Of a DNA stretch of 64,000 bases, positions 33,114 through 45,586 are shown piece after piece. This stretch comes from Paramoeba atlantica (taxonomy: Eukaryota; Protista; Discosea). Location: contig CDRNVI010000225.1 of NCBI GenBank assembly GCA_977017575.1, forward strand, positions 1 through 64,000, written 5' to 3'. The notes beneath the pieces are model-generated. The model saw only the letters and a list, made by a program, of their open reading frames with translations, was not told the DNA's origin and did no database searches. Within the stretch, counting starts at the first letter, position 1; the number at the start of each line of letters is the position of its first letter. The position numbers were made by a program, and so were the translations under genes.

Positions 33114-36100
33114 ATGATGAGGATTCGGGGGCTGCTGGGAGGGAGAAGTTTTATCTTCCTTTTGTTGTTGTTGTTGTTCGTGGATCTTTCTGCCCAACAA
33201 CTTCTCCCTCAATTTTTGGTTCTTGGTTTGAATCCAACAACACGACCCAATGGTGATGTTGAATTTGTTGGTTTGTACAACGCTTTGATTTTTGAATTTT
33301 GAAAAGGGACAATAATCTTTCTCTTTCTCTCCTCTAACTCCCCTCTCTTGATTTTCTTTCTTTTCTTTCTTTCCTCCACAAAACACAAAATAGGAAGAAC
33401 ACGACTTCTCGGGTTTCTTGCAGGCGTTGCAGACATCAACTCTGACCCCTCCTTCCCTTTCATCTTGGAAGACGAAAACTTTGACAACCAAAGAGACATT
33501 GAGGTCACGGTCGCAGGTGCACTCGCACGAGTGAACAGAACCATTGGGTTTTGTGGACCACAGCGATCATCGGTCACCCTTCAACTGCACCCTCGAGTGG
33601 CTCTTCCTTTCAGGATACCAATTGTTTCTCCAGCATCGACATCTCTTACGTTGTCACCTGCTAGTGATTTCCCTTATTTTTTGAGAGCTTTTCCTTCCAG
33701 TGCTGTTGTTGCCGCTTCGATCGCATCGCTGATTGAGTTTCACTCAGAAGTTGGGGAAACTGTCTCGCTCTTGACCCGAACGTTCGTTTCTTTTTTTTCT
33801 TTTTTTTTTTAGAGTCTCTTTAAACTTCTTCAAAATTTATTTTTTTCTCTGAGTTCTGTGTTTTCTTCTCTTCTCTTCTCTCCTCTCCTCTTCTCTTCTC
33901 TGTTTTCTTCTCTTCTCACCACAATAAGCAGCCCTGATGCCGCAGCAGAAGATTATCGAAGATCACTTCTGAAATTTGCAGAAGAAAGTTCAGTCTGGTC
34001 CATCACACAAGACATCCAATTTGACATCGCACTCAGCGATGCTGAGCTTAATGGGATACTTGACCAACTCATTTCTGTTGGCAATCGAGTGTTCATCGTA
34101 ATCTGTCTGGATGCAGGGGTTACTGCTCGCTATTTCAAATTTGGGTATCAGAAAGGGATTGCTGGGATCGCTGGTTATCAGTGGATTTTCGATTCAGTGG
34201 CAGCCGGAGACTCTTCTTTTGTTGTTGGAGGTTTGAGTTCCTTTTTTTAAGTCTCCCCCCCCCCCCTACATCCTTTCTCTCTTTCTCTTCTCACCAGAAC
34301 AACACAACACAACACAACACAACACAACACAGGTGTTCGCGATCCTGAAGCTGTTCTTGGATGGGAGGGAGGTGTTTCTGTGACTCCTTCTGATGGACAG
34401 GTTTTTTCAAGAAATGCTTTTTTCCTGGATTATTCTTTTTTGGTTGTTTTTTTGTTGTTGTTCTTCTTCTTTCTCCCCATGGTGAAATGTTTCTTTTTGT
34501 TTTTTTGTTTTTTTGAGGAATGTGCTGCTAAAAGAAAGTGAGAATAGGGAGAGATCTATGACCAGTTTCGGGCCAGTTACGAACGAGAGAGACAACTCCA
34601 GGTTTTTGAAGATATTTTTTTTGCAATCTCTCTTTTGGTGCAACCAATGATTTACTTCTTTTTTTGAAAAAACACAACTCCTCACCACAAAGTTAATAAC
34701 AGGAAGAGATTGAGACTTTTCTGGAGGTTCCTGATCCGAAAGCAGCCTTTATTTATGATATTATGTTTATGTACGCTCACGCAATCAGACAAATGTTGTT
34801 GGAAGGGAAAGACCCTGCAGATGGCACTCTCATCGATTATCTTCGAGAAGTTATTTTTTTCTCTCTCTCTCTTTCTCTCTCTTTCTTCCAAGTTGTGTGC
34901 CATGTTTTTATGTTCGACACAATGCAAGCAAATTTTTTGACTGATTTTTTTCAGGTTTCTTTTCCTGGTGCAACAGGAACCCTGGCATTTAATCCAGGAT
35001 TTAATGATCGAGGTTTTTGAACAATTTTATGCGAAATCTTCCTTCCTTTTTTTTTCTTTCTGCACACCCACACTGACTTGCACATTGCACAGCTGGAATC
35101 ACCCCAATTGAAGTAATTCTGAGTGTTCAAGGTGAAAGATTTCTCAGAGGTTCTATTTCTGGACCTGAAGTTGAATCAAACTTTATTTGGAAAGGACAGT
35201 CAGTTTATCATATTGGCTCTTTGTTGTCTTTATCTGAACCTGCAGGTTATTTCTTTCTTCTTCCTTCTTCTTTTTCTCTCTTCCTTCTCTTTCATCAAGC
35301 ATTTTTCCTTCTTCCTTCTCTTTCTTCCTTCTCTTTGTTCCTTCTCCACACACACGCATACAGGAAGATCCAGGTGGTTGGCCCTCCAAGCTTGCATCAA
35401 TGATCACAACAACGACAACTGGGCAGTGGTTGGGACATTCCGTTTATCCCTCGTAAATGAAGACACAAATAACGATCCAGACACTGCAGTAGCAGGAGCA
35501 CAATCTCTTCTCCAATCTCCCAAAGTTGGGTTTATAGGGACAGAAACCCCTGAAGTCACAGAAGCAGTTCACAACAGAGTTGCAGCACCAAACAAAATTC
35601 CGCTGCTCTCAGGTGTCACGTCAGCAATGGAATTTCAATCCGCAAATAATTATCCCTACTTTCTCCGAACATATCCCTCCGCTTTCTTTGTGGCATCTGG
35701 GGTTGTCACTCTCCTCAACAACAATGCTGGAGATGGGTTGGTCGCTATGCTCTATCGCGAGGACAATCCCCTGTCTGTCGCTCTACATGACGCCTTCATT
35801 TCACTCTCATCAGGGGCTGATTGGGTGGTTGATGCGCAGTATGGAGTGGCTATGGACCACACTAATTTCGAGGACATTCTTCTTGATCTCCAGAAGAGAA
35901 CAATCAAGATTGTTGTTGTGTTTTTGATGGAACCTGAGTCTGTTGCTCATTTGTTTTCACAAGCTTTTGAGGTGGAAATGGCTGGTGATGGTTCTGGATA
36001 TCAATGGATTGTTGATGATGTCTCTGTGAGTTTGGATTCTTATCGGGTGACTATTATTCACAATTTTTTTTTCCTTTTCTTCCTTTTTTTTTTCATTTTT

Positions 36101-38531
36101 TTTTTTGTTTTCTTTTTAAATTTCTTCCTCTCTTAGATCGATGGTGTGATCAGCAGCTCAGCAGTACAAGGGTGGAGAAGTGGTGTTGGGTTTTTGGCAA
36201 GCAGGTAAAAATATCAATTGGAAGAGGGAGCCCAGAGAGAGATGGAGGATATTATTTTTTTGATTTGTTGAATTCCTTTTTTTTACAAATAGTGTTGAAG
36301 GTCCTATTACCAATCGCTTTCTGAGGAGTTATGATAGGGAACTTGAAGCTCAGGTTTTGTTTCATTGAGAAAAGAGAGGGAGAAGGAGGAGAGGAGAGGA
36401 GAGGAGAGGAGAGGAGAGGAGAGGAGTGAGGGGAGAGGAGCGAAGGGGAGGAGTGAAGAGGAGGAGTGAAGAGGGGAGAAAGGAAAGGGAAAGAGAAGGT
36501 GGAGAGGGAGGGAATAATAATTGAATCAATTTTCACAAAAAAACCTGTTTTTAGGAGGATCCCTCCCTTTTCCCAGAGATTCCAGACAACACAGCAGCCT
36601 TTCACTATGACATGTGTGGAGTTTATGTGAACGCTCTTTCTGAAGTGATCAAAGAAGGAGGAGATGTTTTTGATGGCGACCTTTTGATGTCAAAACTGAG
36701 GCTTGTCATGGATACAGAAGGTGCATCTGGGAGGATCAGTTTTGATCAAAATGATCGAGTAGGCACTTTTAGTTATCAACTCCTCCAAGGGAATGGTTTT
36801 GGTTCTTTTCAGCCAGTGGGTGTTTGGGATGGGGAGACATTGAGAGAGGAGGGTTTCTTGTGGGCTGTTGTGAATCAACAATTCTTCACACTTGGCTCCC
36901 TTCTTTCTGAAGGAACTGTGACAGGTTTTTTTTCCTTCTTCTTTGTTTGGGAAGGGAGGATTCGAAAGAAAAGAAAGAAAGAAAAGAAGACAAATTAAGA
37001 TCTCAATGATTCCCATTCTTCTCTGACCCACTTTCTTTCTCTCTCCCATCCTATTCCAGGTCGCTCAGCACTTCTCTCCATCAGAGCAGCGATCAATGAC
37101 ATCAACAAGGACAGTCCTGTGGCGTTCTCCCTCCTGCAGAGAGATACACACAACAAAGCTAACTCAGAAATCATTAATTCAGCACTTGAACTGGTGGAAG
37201 AACAAGGAGTGATTGGACTTCTTGGAGTAGAGAGCTCCTCTCTGGCAATAGCGATTCACACTGAAGTTGGGGAAGTGCACAGTGTGCCACTGTTCTCTGC
37301 TGCAGCAGTGGCAGCTTCAATAAGAAGTTCCACCGATTTTCCGTTTTTTTTGAGGGACTATCCTTCCACCTCCCCGGAGTCAATGGCCATAGCTGCTCTG
37401 TTGGAGAAATACGTCTCCAAGGAGAATGTTTGTGTTTTGTATCGACCTGATGAATTGAATTCAGTTAGTTTGAAGGAGTTGGTGGAGGCGAAGAGTGCAG
37501 GGTCCAAATGGGAGATTAATAGTGAAATTTCTGTGAGAAATCAGGATGATTTTACCAATGTTTTCAAAATGATTGAAGAGAATGATTGTAAAGTTGTTTT
37601 GTCTTTTCTTTTTGATGATGAAATGACTTGGAAGATTCTTGGCCATGCATATTCTGCGAATTTGGCTGGGAGTGGTTCTCTTATTCAGTGGGTTGTTGAC
37701 AATGCTGCTTTTTCATCTGCTTTGATTCAGGTGAGAAAGTGGAAGATGAGAGAGACAGAGAGATGAGGATGAGGATGAGATAAGAGAGAGAGAGAGGAGA
37801 GATTTAAATACTAACTTTAAATTGAGGGGAGCGAAGCTGAAAGATCTGGATGGGAAGGTGCTTCAGGTTTCATTGCAAACCGGTAAGTCTGAATCTCTCT
37901 TTTTCTCTTCTCTCCTCTCTCTCCTCTCTCCTCTCTCCTCTCCTCTCCCTTTCTTTGATTTGAAAAAAAAATTACAGGGGAAAAGGGGAAGAAAACGACC
38001 AATTCCTTTTAAGTTACGCTCGTGAAAGATCTGACCAGGTTTTTTTTTTAAAATCGCTCTGTCCTCAAACAAATACAAATCTTTTACATTTTTAACCTCA
38101 TGTTGTGTTGCTTCCGTTTTCAGAACCCAGATCTCTACCCAGAGGTCCCAGAGCCAAAAGCATCATACTACTATGATTTAGTGTATGTTTATCTCAGTGC
38201 TGTGAAGGCAGTCCTTGATGCTGGTGGAGATCCTCACGATGGTGTGGTTCTCATGTCTGCAATGAGGGAAGTCAATCAACTCAAAGGTGCGACTGGTGAA
38301 CTCTCTTTTGACGAAAATGATCGAGCGCAGGATGTTTTTCTGGATTTTGTTGGAGGAAAACCAAATGGAGAATACCAACTGCAAGGGAGCTACTCACAAA
38401 CTACTGATTTCTCAGAAAATGGTGTCTTTAGCTGGTCGAGTACGACTTCATCTTCCGCTTCTCAGATTCGTGGACCACCCCTCCTCATTGTCGTCGCCTC
38501 ACTTTTTTTGACAAAATTATTTTATTTTTAA
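33114..38531 (+). CDS. Secreted, predicted GPI-anchored protein with three tandem ANF-receptor/type-1 periplasmic-binding (Venus flytrap) domains
   Basis: Signal peptide ...FIFLLLLLLFVDLSA. Three repeats start GRTRLLGFLAGVADIN (33394), GRSRWLALQACINDHN (35364) and GRSALLSIRAAINDIN (37060). Each has IP(I/L/V)..S....L....FP(Y/F)FLR..P, a YQW/IQW motif, and GA(T/S)G...F...DR. C-terminus SSSASQIRGPPLLIVVASLFLTKLFYF* with no 7TM. Confidence 0.85.
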
Positions 38532-40991
38532 CTCTTTTTTTGTAAATAACTTTCTCTTCAAAAATAGTTCTTTTTTTTTTTTGAGACCACAAATAAGAAA
38601 AAAAAATCAGTTTGAAGAAAGTCTTTTTTTATTTTCCATTCTCAATCCTCATAAAAAACACATATGTTCATATTTTTGAACAAAGCAAAGAAAACTCATC
38701 AAGAAAAAACCAAAGGAGGTGAAAAAAGATTGAAGTGGAATTTAAAATCAAAATTGAATGGAAAGACCTTTTATCCTTTGTTTCTTTGGATAGTGAGTCA
38801 TGGCCAAAATTGGTTTTAAGAAAAGAAAGATTTTTGAATATTTTTCTTCCTTTTTTCTCAATTTTTCCTTTTCCAAACAACAATATCTGTCTCGCGACAT
38901 TCCCCCTCCAGTTTTCCAATGAAAAGAATCAAGATGACCACAGATTTCTCTCTTCTTCACAGTTATCCACTTCTCAAGAGGCGGCTCTTTCTCAGCCACT
39001 TGTTGTTGATGGAGAGTTAACAAGGGAAAAGGTTTTCTCGTATTTGAAGATGTCTGAAGAAGGTCTCAGATGTGAGGAGAGAGAGATTGTGAGAGAGATT
39101 GACTTGTACCAAGGCAACCATTGGTGGGGTGAAACTTTTGGAATGTAATTGTGTCGTTGTCATTTCTGTGTTTCGAGAATACAAACCAAGAAAAATGACT
39201 CAATGAAGAAATTTTGTGATAATGTGTTGACACAAAACCAAAAGATGATGCAAGTGAGGTGGTGAAGGAGGCATTCAGAATGTTTGATGAATTCAAAGGC
39301 AGTGTCTTTGTCATGGATCGATTCGGTGTTCTAAATCACTGAGAGAAAGAGAGGAGGGTACAATCAGAAAAAAGAGAAGAGGGAAAAAGAGAAAGAAGAA
39401 GAAAATTGACACAAACCGCAAATGATTTTTCTTTCAACTTGTTTCTCACTTTCTCTTCTTCTTCTTCTTCTTCTCTTCTTCTTCTTCATTTCAAACTCAC
39501 ATCTTCAAGTCCTTTTATCTGGGTTTTTGAATCTCTCTCTCTCTTTCTCTTCTTTCTCTTCTTTCTCTTCCTTCAATTTATCGTCAAGCATTTGTTGTTC
39601 TTCACCTCCCCTGGTCTTCGACGTCATCCCTTCTCTCTTCTCTTTCTCTTTCTCTCTTTCTGTAAAAAGGTCTTTCTGTTGAAGAAAAAAAAGAGAAAGA
39701 GAAAATCAAATCAAGAAAATTAAAGAGCTTGTGTTGCCTTGAGCACAATTTAATTTGGACCCTAATCTTGCCAACTTTTTTTATTTTTTTTTGTGTTTTC
39801 TCTCTCTCGTGTCTCTCTTTTTTGTGTTCTCTCTTTGATCTTTGAAAGAAAAAGTGATGTTCTGGGAAAGAGAGAGAGGTTACTACCTCGTTGTGGTCTT
39901 TCTTTTTGTTCTCTTTGTCTCAACAAACTCTTTCTTCTCTTCAGTATTGTAGAAGAAAGAGTTTGTTAAGAACAAGGAGAAAGAGAAGGAAAACGGTACA
40001 GCCAGCAGTCACTGCGACTTTGAAGCAACTTCTCAACAAGAAAAAAGGTTTGTTTTTTTTTCCTTGGAAGGTTTTTGATTCTTAACTCATGGATTGAACA
40101 GATGACGAAACCAGTCTCAAAACCGGTGATCTCGATCGAGAAAGGGGACTCCTCCAGTTTTCTGACGAAGACGATTATGTTTAAACAGGATGTGTTCAAA
40201 TCGATTCCTTGCTGAGATGTTACAATCCCCAAACAAATCCTCATCGTGAAGTAATAAGGACGATTTGTGATGCATATCCTTGTTTCTCTTCCTTGGTGGG
40301 GAAGACTCCTCATCTCATCCGAAAAAGAGCTCAAGTACGTCCTGATCAGGATTCCTACCTGTTCCCCTCGAAGACTGGGTGTTCCGACGATTGGACGAGT
40401 CAGAACTCTTCTTTCTTTTCTTTTGGCGAGTGGAAACCTCCTCTCTTGGAGGGCAGAGGTGTCTGAGTCGTTCGATCCTCGGTATCAGAGAGAGGAGTTT
40501 CGGTACCGCTCCATTTGACCTCCTACGATTTCCATTTCTTGTCGGAGGGTTTTCAGTCTGAGCAGTAGATACAGTTTTGTTCGAGTTTTTATCAGCTTAC
40601 AAATGGAGAGGAACCAAAGAAGAAGAAGAGAGGGAAAAAAGCAAAGAAAAGAGCGCAAAGAACACAGGAGTGAGTGTTTGAGAAAGATGGATGACTTCGT
40701 GGGATTGTTGTTTTGATTTATTTGGATCAGTGATTGTTTCAGATTATGAGAAAAAGTCTATTGAATTTTGGAACTCATTTTTGAAAGAGAGGGTTTGAAT
40801 TTTAATATTCTCTTTTTTTTTGATGATTTTTTTGATTTTTGTTTCTCTTCCTCTCTTTTCTTTTCTTTCTTTTACTTTCTTTTTCTTTCTTTTTCTCTTT
40901 TTTTATTTTCTTATGATTGGTTTCTTTCCAGAAATATCCTGAAACTGCAGTTTTTCAGTTCTGGACTGGTTCTTCCTTTGTTAAATTAAAT

Positions 40992-41354
40992 TTATTGTTT
41001 CGCACGTTTTATGGAAACAAAACAAGTTTGATCCTTCTTTCGGAAATATTTCTGACGATAACGTAAACAATAAACTCCTCCTTTCCGAACAAGAGCCCAA
41101 TGGCCAAGCCGCCTCTTGAAGTAAATCCCCAATTCCTTCTCTCCTTCTCTCTCTTGGCTGTTTTCAAGCGACCATCTCCCTTTCGCTGTCCCTTCGAAAA
41201 ATTCATAAAATTTTAGTGTACCATCACAAAGAAATTTGAGAGAGGTCTTTTGAGCATCAGAACGGATCCAGTGACCCACCACTGTTTCTTTGGAAAGAAG
41301 ATGAGAGCATTCTACTTCTTCTTCTTCTTCTTCAAGGGGAAGAGACGAAGCCAT
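40992..41354 (-). CDS. Small hypothetical protein (120 aa), possibly beta-rich
   Basis: ATG-to-stop ORF of ordinary composition: MASSLPLEEEEEEVECSHLLSKETVVGHWIRSDAQKTSLKFLCDGTLKFY...GRWSL. No family recognised. Confidence 0.5.
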   Translation of the reverse strand: MASSLPLEEEEEEVECSHLLSKETVVGHWIRSDAQKTSLKFLCDGTLKFYEFFEGTAKGRWSLENSQEREGEKELGIYFKRRLGHWALVRKGGVYCLRYRQKYFRKKDQTCFVSIKRAKQ

Positions 41355-41704
41355 ATTCCTTTTCCTCCAAATACAACAAACTAAAAAAAAATAAAAAAAG
41401 CAAAAAGCAAAAGAAAACCAGAAAAGGGAAATTCGCAAGAAAATGGGACCAATTGGATTGGACCAATAAACAATTTCACCGCAAAAAATGTTGTCCGCGT
41501 TTTTTTGCGTGACGTTTTGAGCATTCCGAGAAAACTCAATCTTAAGGCGGCTTTTTGTCTCGAGTTTTTTCGCCACGGGACTCCGAAGAGAGAAAGGGAC
41601 AAATTCCCTTTTTTCGAGAAAGATAAAGAGACAAATAAATTTTTCTTGTTGAAATTGGAACTGAATTTAGTTCTTCTTGTTGGTTGTTAGAGCAGAAGAG
41701 AATT

Positions 41705-42290
41705 TTATTGGAAAAGGAGAACAAGAACAGAAACGATCATCAATCCCCAAGCACCAACCAACTGAGAGGCAGGACTGGTTGTTTCAAAATCAAGTGAAAA
41801 AACCCAGTTTGTTCCGGTCGAAAAGTCACCATCTGAGGTCACATTTCCTTGACCGTGGGCATTTTCAAATTCTCCTGTTCCTCCGACCACTGTCCAAAGA
41901 AAATAATAAATGAGTTTTTAAAAAAAAATCAATAAAAAAGTGTGAAAAAAAGAGAGACAAACCTGCAATTTGAGCAACTTGACCTGGATCATTCCAGATA
42001 ACACCAGCAAGGTTAATTTGGTTGAGGTTATCAGGATAATTGACGGTCCAATGGCAACTCCATTTATCCAAAAAGTTCAAAATGAAACAGATGCCAGCAT
42101 GTTCACCAACCTTCTCTCCCCCAACTGCCTCAAAGAGTTCGTTTTCAAAAACGTCGTAAGTGCCAACAACATTGTCCGTCTCTCCATTTGGGTGAATAAA
42201 GGTATCGGTTGTTGCGATTTCGACGTAGCGAATCTCAATTGCAGCGCAAAGAGAAAGAAAAAGACCAAAAAAAATCAGAGCACCCTTCAT
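41705..42290 (-). CDS. Allene-oxide-cyclase/dirigent-like barrel protein with signal peptide and GPI-type C-terminus (170 aa)
   Basis: Exons 41963-42290 and 41705-41889 (GT-AG intron 41890-41962) join to ...VFENELFEAVGGEKVGEHAGICFIL...WSCHWTVNY...QINLAG...QIAVVGGTGEFENAHGQG. This includes the A(I/V)xGGTGxF motif of AOC/dirigent barrels. Confidence 0.75.
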
Positions 42291-42527
42291 TGTTCGAACC
42301 TTTTTTTTTTTTTTTACCGAGAAGAGCGAATCGTAACAAAAGAAAAATCCGCGTAAAAAAAAAGCGGTGAGATTTCTATTTTTTTTTGACCCCCGAAAAA
42401 TCATCTTCAAAAAGACTCCCCCCGAAGACTCCCGAGGGAGTAAAATTGTTTTGGTGTTTTCTGATAGGTCATTTCACTCTTCTTCTCTTTCTCGATCTTT
42501 TTTTGTCTTTTTCTTTCCTGTCTTCCA

Positions 42528-45500
42528 ATGTCAGAGGATGATATCTTTGATACCAAAGTGGAGACCATGTTGTCTGAACCACAAAAGGTCCCCCTCTTTT
42601 TGAAAGCCCTCCATGAGCTCGAAGCAAAGTTAGAACCCAAAGCTCAATCGGGTCGGTTGGAGGAAAAAGACTTTGAATCGATCTTTCATCTTGCTTCTTG
42701 TTTTTACTTTTTCTGTAATCCTCGCTCTGCAAGGCATTGGACTGATATTGCCTCTCAAGTTTATTGCACAGTGGCAATGTATCAACAAAGAAGTGGTCGA
42801 GGTGGTCTTGAAAATTTTAAGTTTGATTATGACGAAGAGGAAGAGGAAGAGGGATTACCCATGGAGTTTTTTATGGAGGACATAGAGGACTTAAACAAAC
42901 AATTGGATCTCATGGAGGATTCTACCTCTAAAGAAAATTCAAAGCCTCTCCGATTTGAAGTTGGTGAGCGGGTGTTGTGTAACGTTTCAGAAGGAGGGTG
43001 GAAACAAGCGATTGTCTCTTCACATTGGTATCGAGAATTGGGCTTTGAACCGTGGAAGGTTGCACCTTATCAATTCTTGTTATTGGAAGATTGTGGGTGT
43101 GAACATTACTGCCGATGTACGAATCGTTATATCTACACTCTAACTGATACTGATGACCAAGTCCGCCCTGTGCTAAAAAAGATTCTTCCCAACCCTCTAC
43201 CTCGTTCTTTCACTTCTGACTATACTGACAATAGTTGTCCTCTTCGTCAATCTGACAAACAAAATCTGAAGAAATGTGCGACGTGCAATGTTGCTCAATA
43301 TTGTTCTCGCTCATGCCAGGTTCTTTTTTTTTTTCAAGAATTATTGACCATCAACATTTTTCTCTTTCTCTCTTTCTTGAATTTTTTTTTTGCTTGCTCA
43401 TTTTTCAAAATAAATCCCATTTACTTATTGATTGTTATTTTAAAATTCAAGATAAGCCATTGGAGTCTTCATAAATTGGATTGTACAAAAACAAAACCTT
43501 CATCTTCGTCCTCTCCCTCTTCGTCCTCTTTGTCCTCTTCTTCATCTTCATCCTCTTCTTCGTCTTCGTCCTCTTCTTCTTCTTCACCCTCTTCCTCTTC
43601 TTCCTCCCCTTCTTCACTCTCTCTCTTCTCTTCACTTTTGGATATTGCAGCTCCGGGACTTAATCTCAGCAACACTTCTGATGAAGATGAAGAAGACATA
43701 ACTAAAAAAGGAACTGAAACTTCTTTTGTAGTGGGATGCGAGGGAGGTGGGTCCATCCATATTTCTTCTCACACCCATTCCCCAGAGATGATGAAAGAGA
43801 TGCAGTCCCTTCTCCGCAGCGGTGACAACTCTCGTCATGACGATCAGAGCCCACCAACTTCTTCCTTGCATGGTAACTCACGGCAACAAATGTTGAGGCG
43901 TCTGAGAACTCAAGACCTGAACTTTGATGTTGATTTGGAGCAGTTGGAGAAAGAGGCCAGCGATTTTTTTTCTAAGAAGCATTACACAACAGCTTTTCGA
44001 CTTTATTCCATACTCTATGATTTATCGATTATTCCTTCTTCATATGGAGCCAAGAGGTTGGAGCGCATCTCCCTCGCAAACATCCTCTACTCAAAATCTT
44101 TGTCTGTGTATTTGCAGAGCCAGTCTCATCAGATCTTTGCCTCAGAGATCAATGATGCGCTTGATGATTGCTCCCTGATTCTCCATACTGGGTGTTTTGT
44201 CTTGAAAGAATTCTCAGAGACCTTTCTCTCTTCTCTTCGCACACTTGAACGCAAACTACAAGCAGCTTGTCCACTTCAGGTGTCCACTTCCAATCCTTCC
44301 AGTCAACGAAATCGAAATCGCAACCAAGAAACTCCTTCTTCAGAATGGATCCCTCCCAATCTGACCACTCCGCAGAGAGGAGGGAGAGGGAGAGGGAGAG
44401 GGAGAGGGAGAGGGAGAGGAGGAAGACGCAATCAAGGACAACAACAGCAGCAGCAATCTCAACAACAACAATCGCGATCCCACCCACAAAACAAAGGAAA
44501 ATTCGACTTGATTTTGTGCTCTGACCTCTCTGATACAAAAGGAGCAAAAAATGCAGAGCATGATGATAGTGCTTGCCCTATTTGCTCAATTCTTTGGAAA
44601 TCATTCCCTGAGAAATCGAACCAAGCAATCGTTCTTCCTTGTGGTCATGCTACGTGTCTATCTTGTCTCTGTCGATTTTGGAAAGAGTGTGAAAAGGGGA
44701 TGGAGGAGAGAGGACAGGGGACTGACACATATACTGGGACTGTTTTTGTGGAGTTTGCGTGTGCTTTGTGTCGTTGTGAAATCTTTGATAATACTGTGCC
44801 TAAAATTGCTGAATTGCTTGCAACACAACCAAACGAGGAGTTTGCTCAATTGATCCAACACCTCAGTTTGAACAAAAAAGAAAAGAAAGCGTTTTTATCT
44901 GCAATGCTTGTGCATCACAACTTTGATTTCAATGCTGTTCTTGCCTCACTCTCGAAATATATCCAATTCTTTGGTCGTAATCTCCACACTGATCTTGGTT
45001 CAAACGAGAAAGAAGAAATCTATCAAAAAGCGCACGAACCTGTCAAAGTTCTCGAGGAAGAATACCAAAAGATCCGTAACCAACTTTTTTTTAAGGACTA
45101 TTTTGATCCTGCTTTCAACTCTTTGAAGGAACAAATGAACAAGATCTGCGCGAAGATGGCAAAAGCACGAATTAGCGCTTCCAATACTATTTTTGAAAAG
45201 GTTTTTTTTGTTCAACTTTAATTTTTTTTTTACATTGTAATTTTTTTAACCCCCTGAATTCTTTTTTTCTTCTCCAGATCAATGCTTTTGGAAAGATGGG
45301 GATTGAAAAGGGGGAAAATGATGCGCTCTCAGTTGATTTCCATGGACAACACATCGCACATGCACAGCGACTCTTTAAAGAATATGTCGTTCCAATTCTT
45401 CCTTGTTTTCCAAGTGTGAACATCATCACTGGTCGTGGGTTACATTCTTCGTCCAACTCTCGTGAAAAAAGTGAAAAAATCAGTTCTCCTCTCAAAGAAG

Positions 45501-45586
45501 CAATGATTAAATTTGTCAGAGAGTTGGGGTATCAGATCAAGGAAAGTGAAAATCCAGGAATTCTTATTGTCAGCAATCACAAGTAG
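42528..45586 (+). CDS. Multidomain protein: SH3/Tudor-like, MYND-type zinc finger, helical region, GR/polyQ tract, C3HC4 RING, CUE-like, DUF1771-like, Smr nuclease
   Basis: Introns 43320-43451 and 45201-45277. CATCNVAQYCSRSCQ|ISHWSLHKLDC. RING CPIC..LPCGHATCLSC..CALC at 44574-44775. MLVHHNFDFNAVLASL. MAKARISASNTIFEK|IN. Smr VDFHG...IITGRGLHS. Confidence 0.85.

Noticed and set aside
38915-39335. EF-hand-like phrases (EVVKEAFRMFDE, IVREID)
   Set aside because: No complete EF loop, in-frame stops, and no consistent exon chain.
39500-40680. Coding-like, CG-rich sequence with splice-like signals on both strands
   Set aside because: I could not build a consistent reading frame or choose a strand. 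A gene may exist; RNA-seq is needed.
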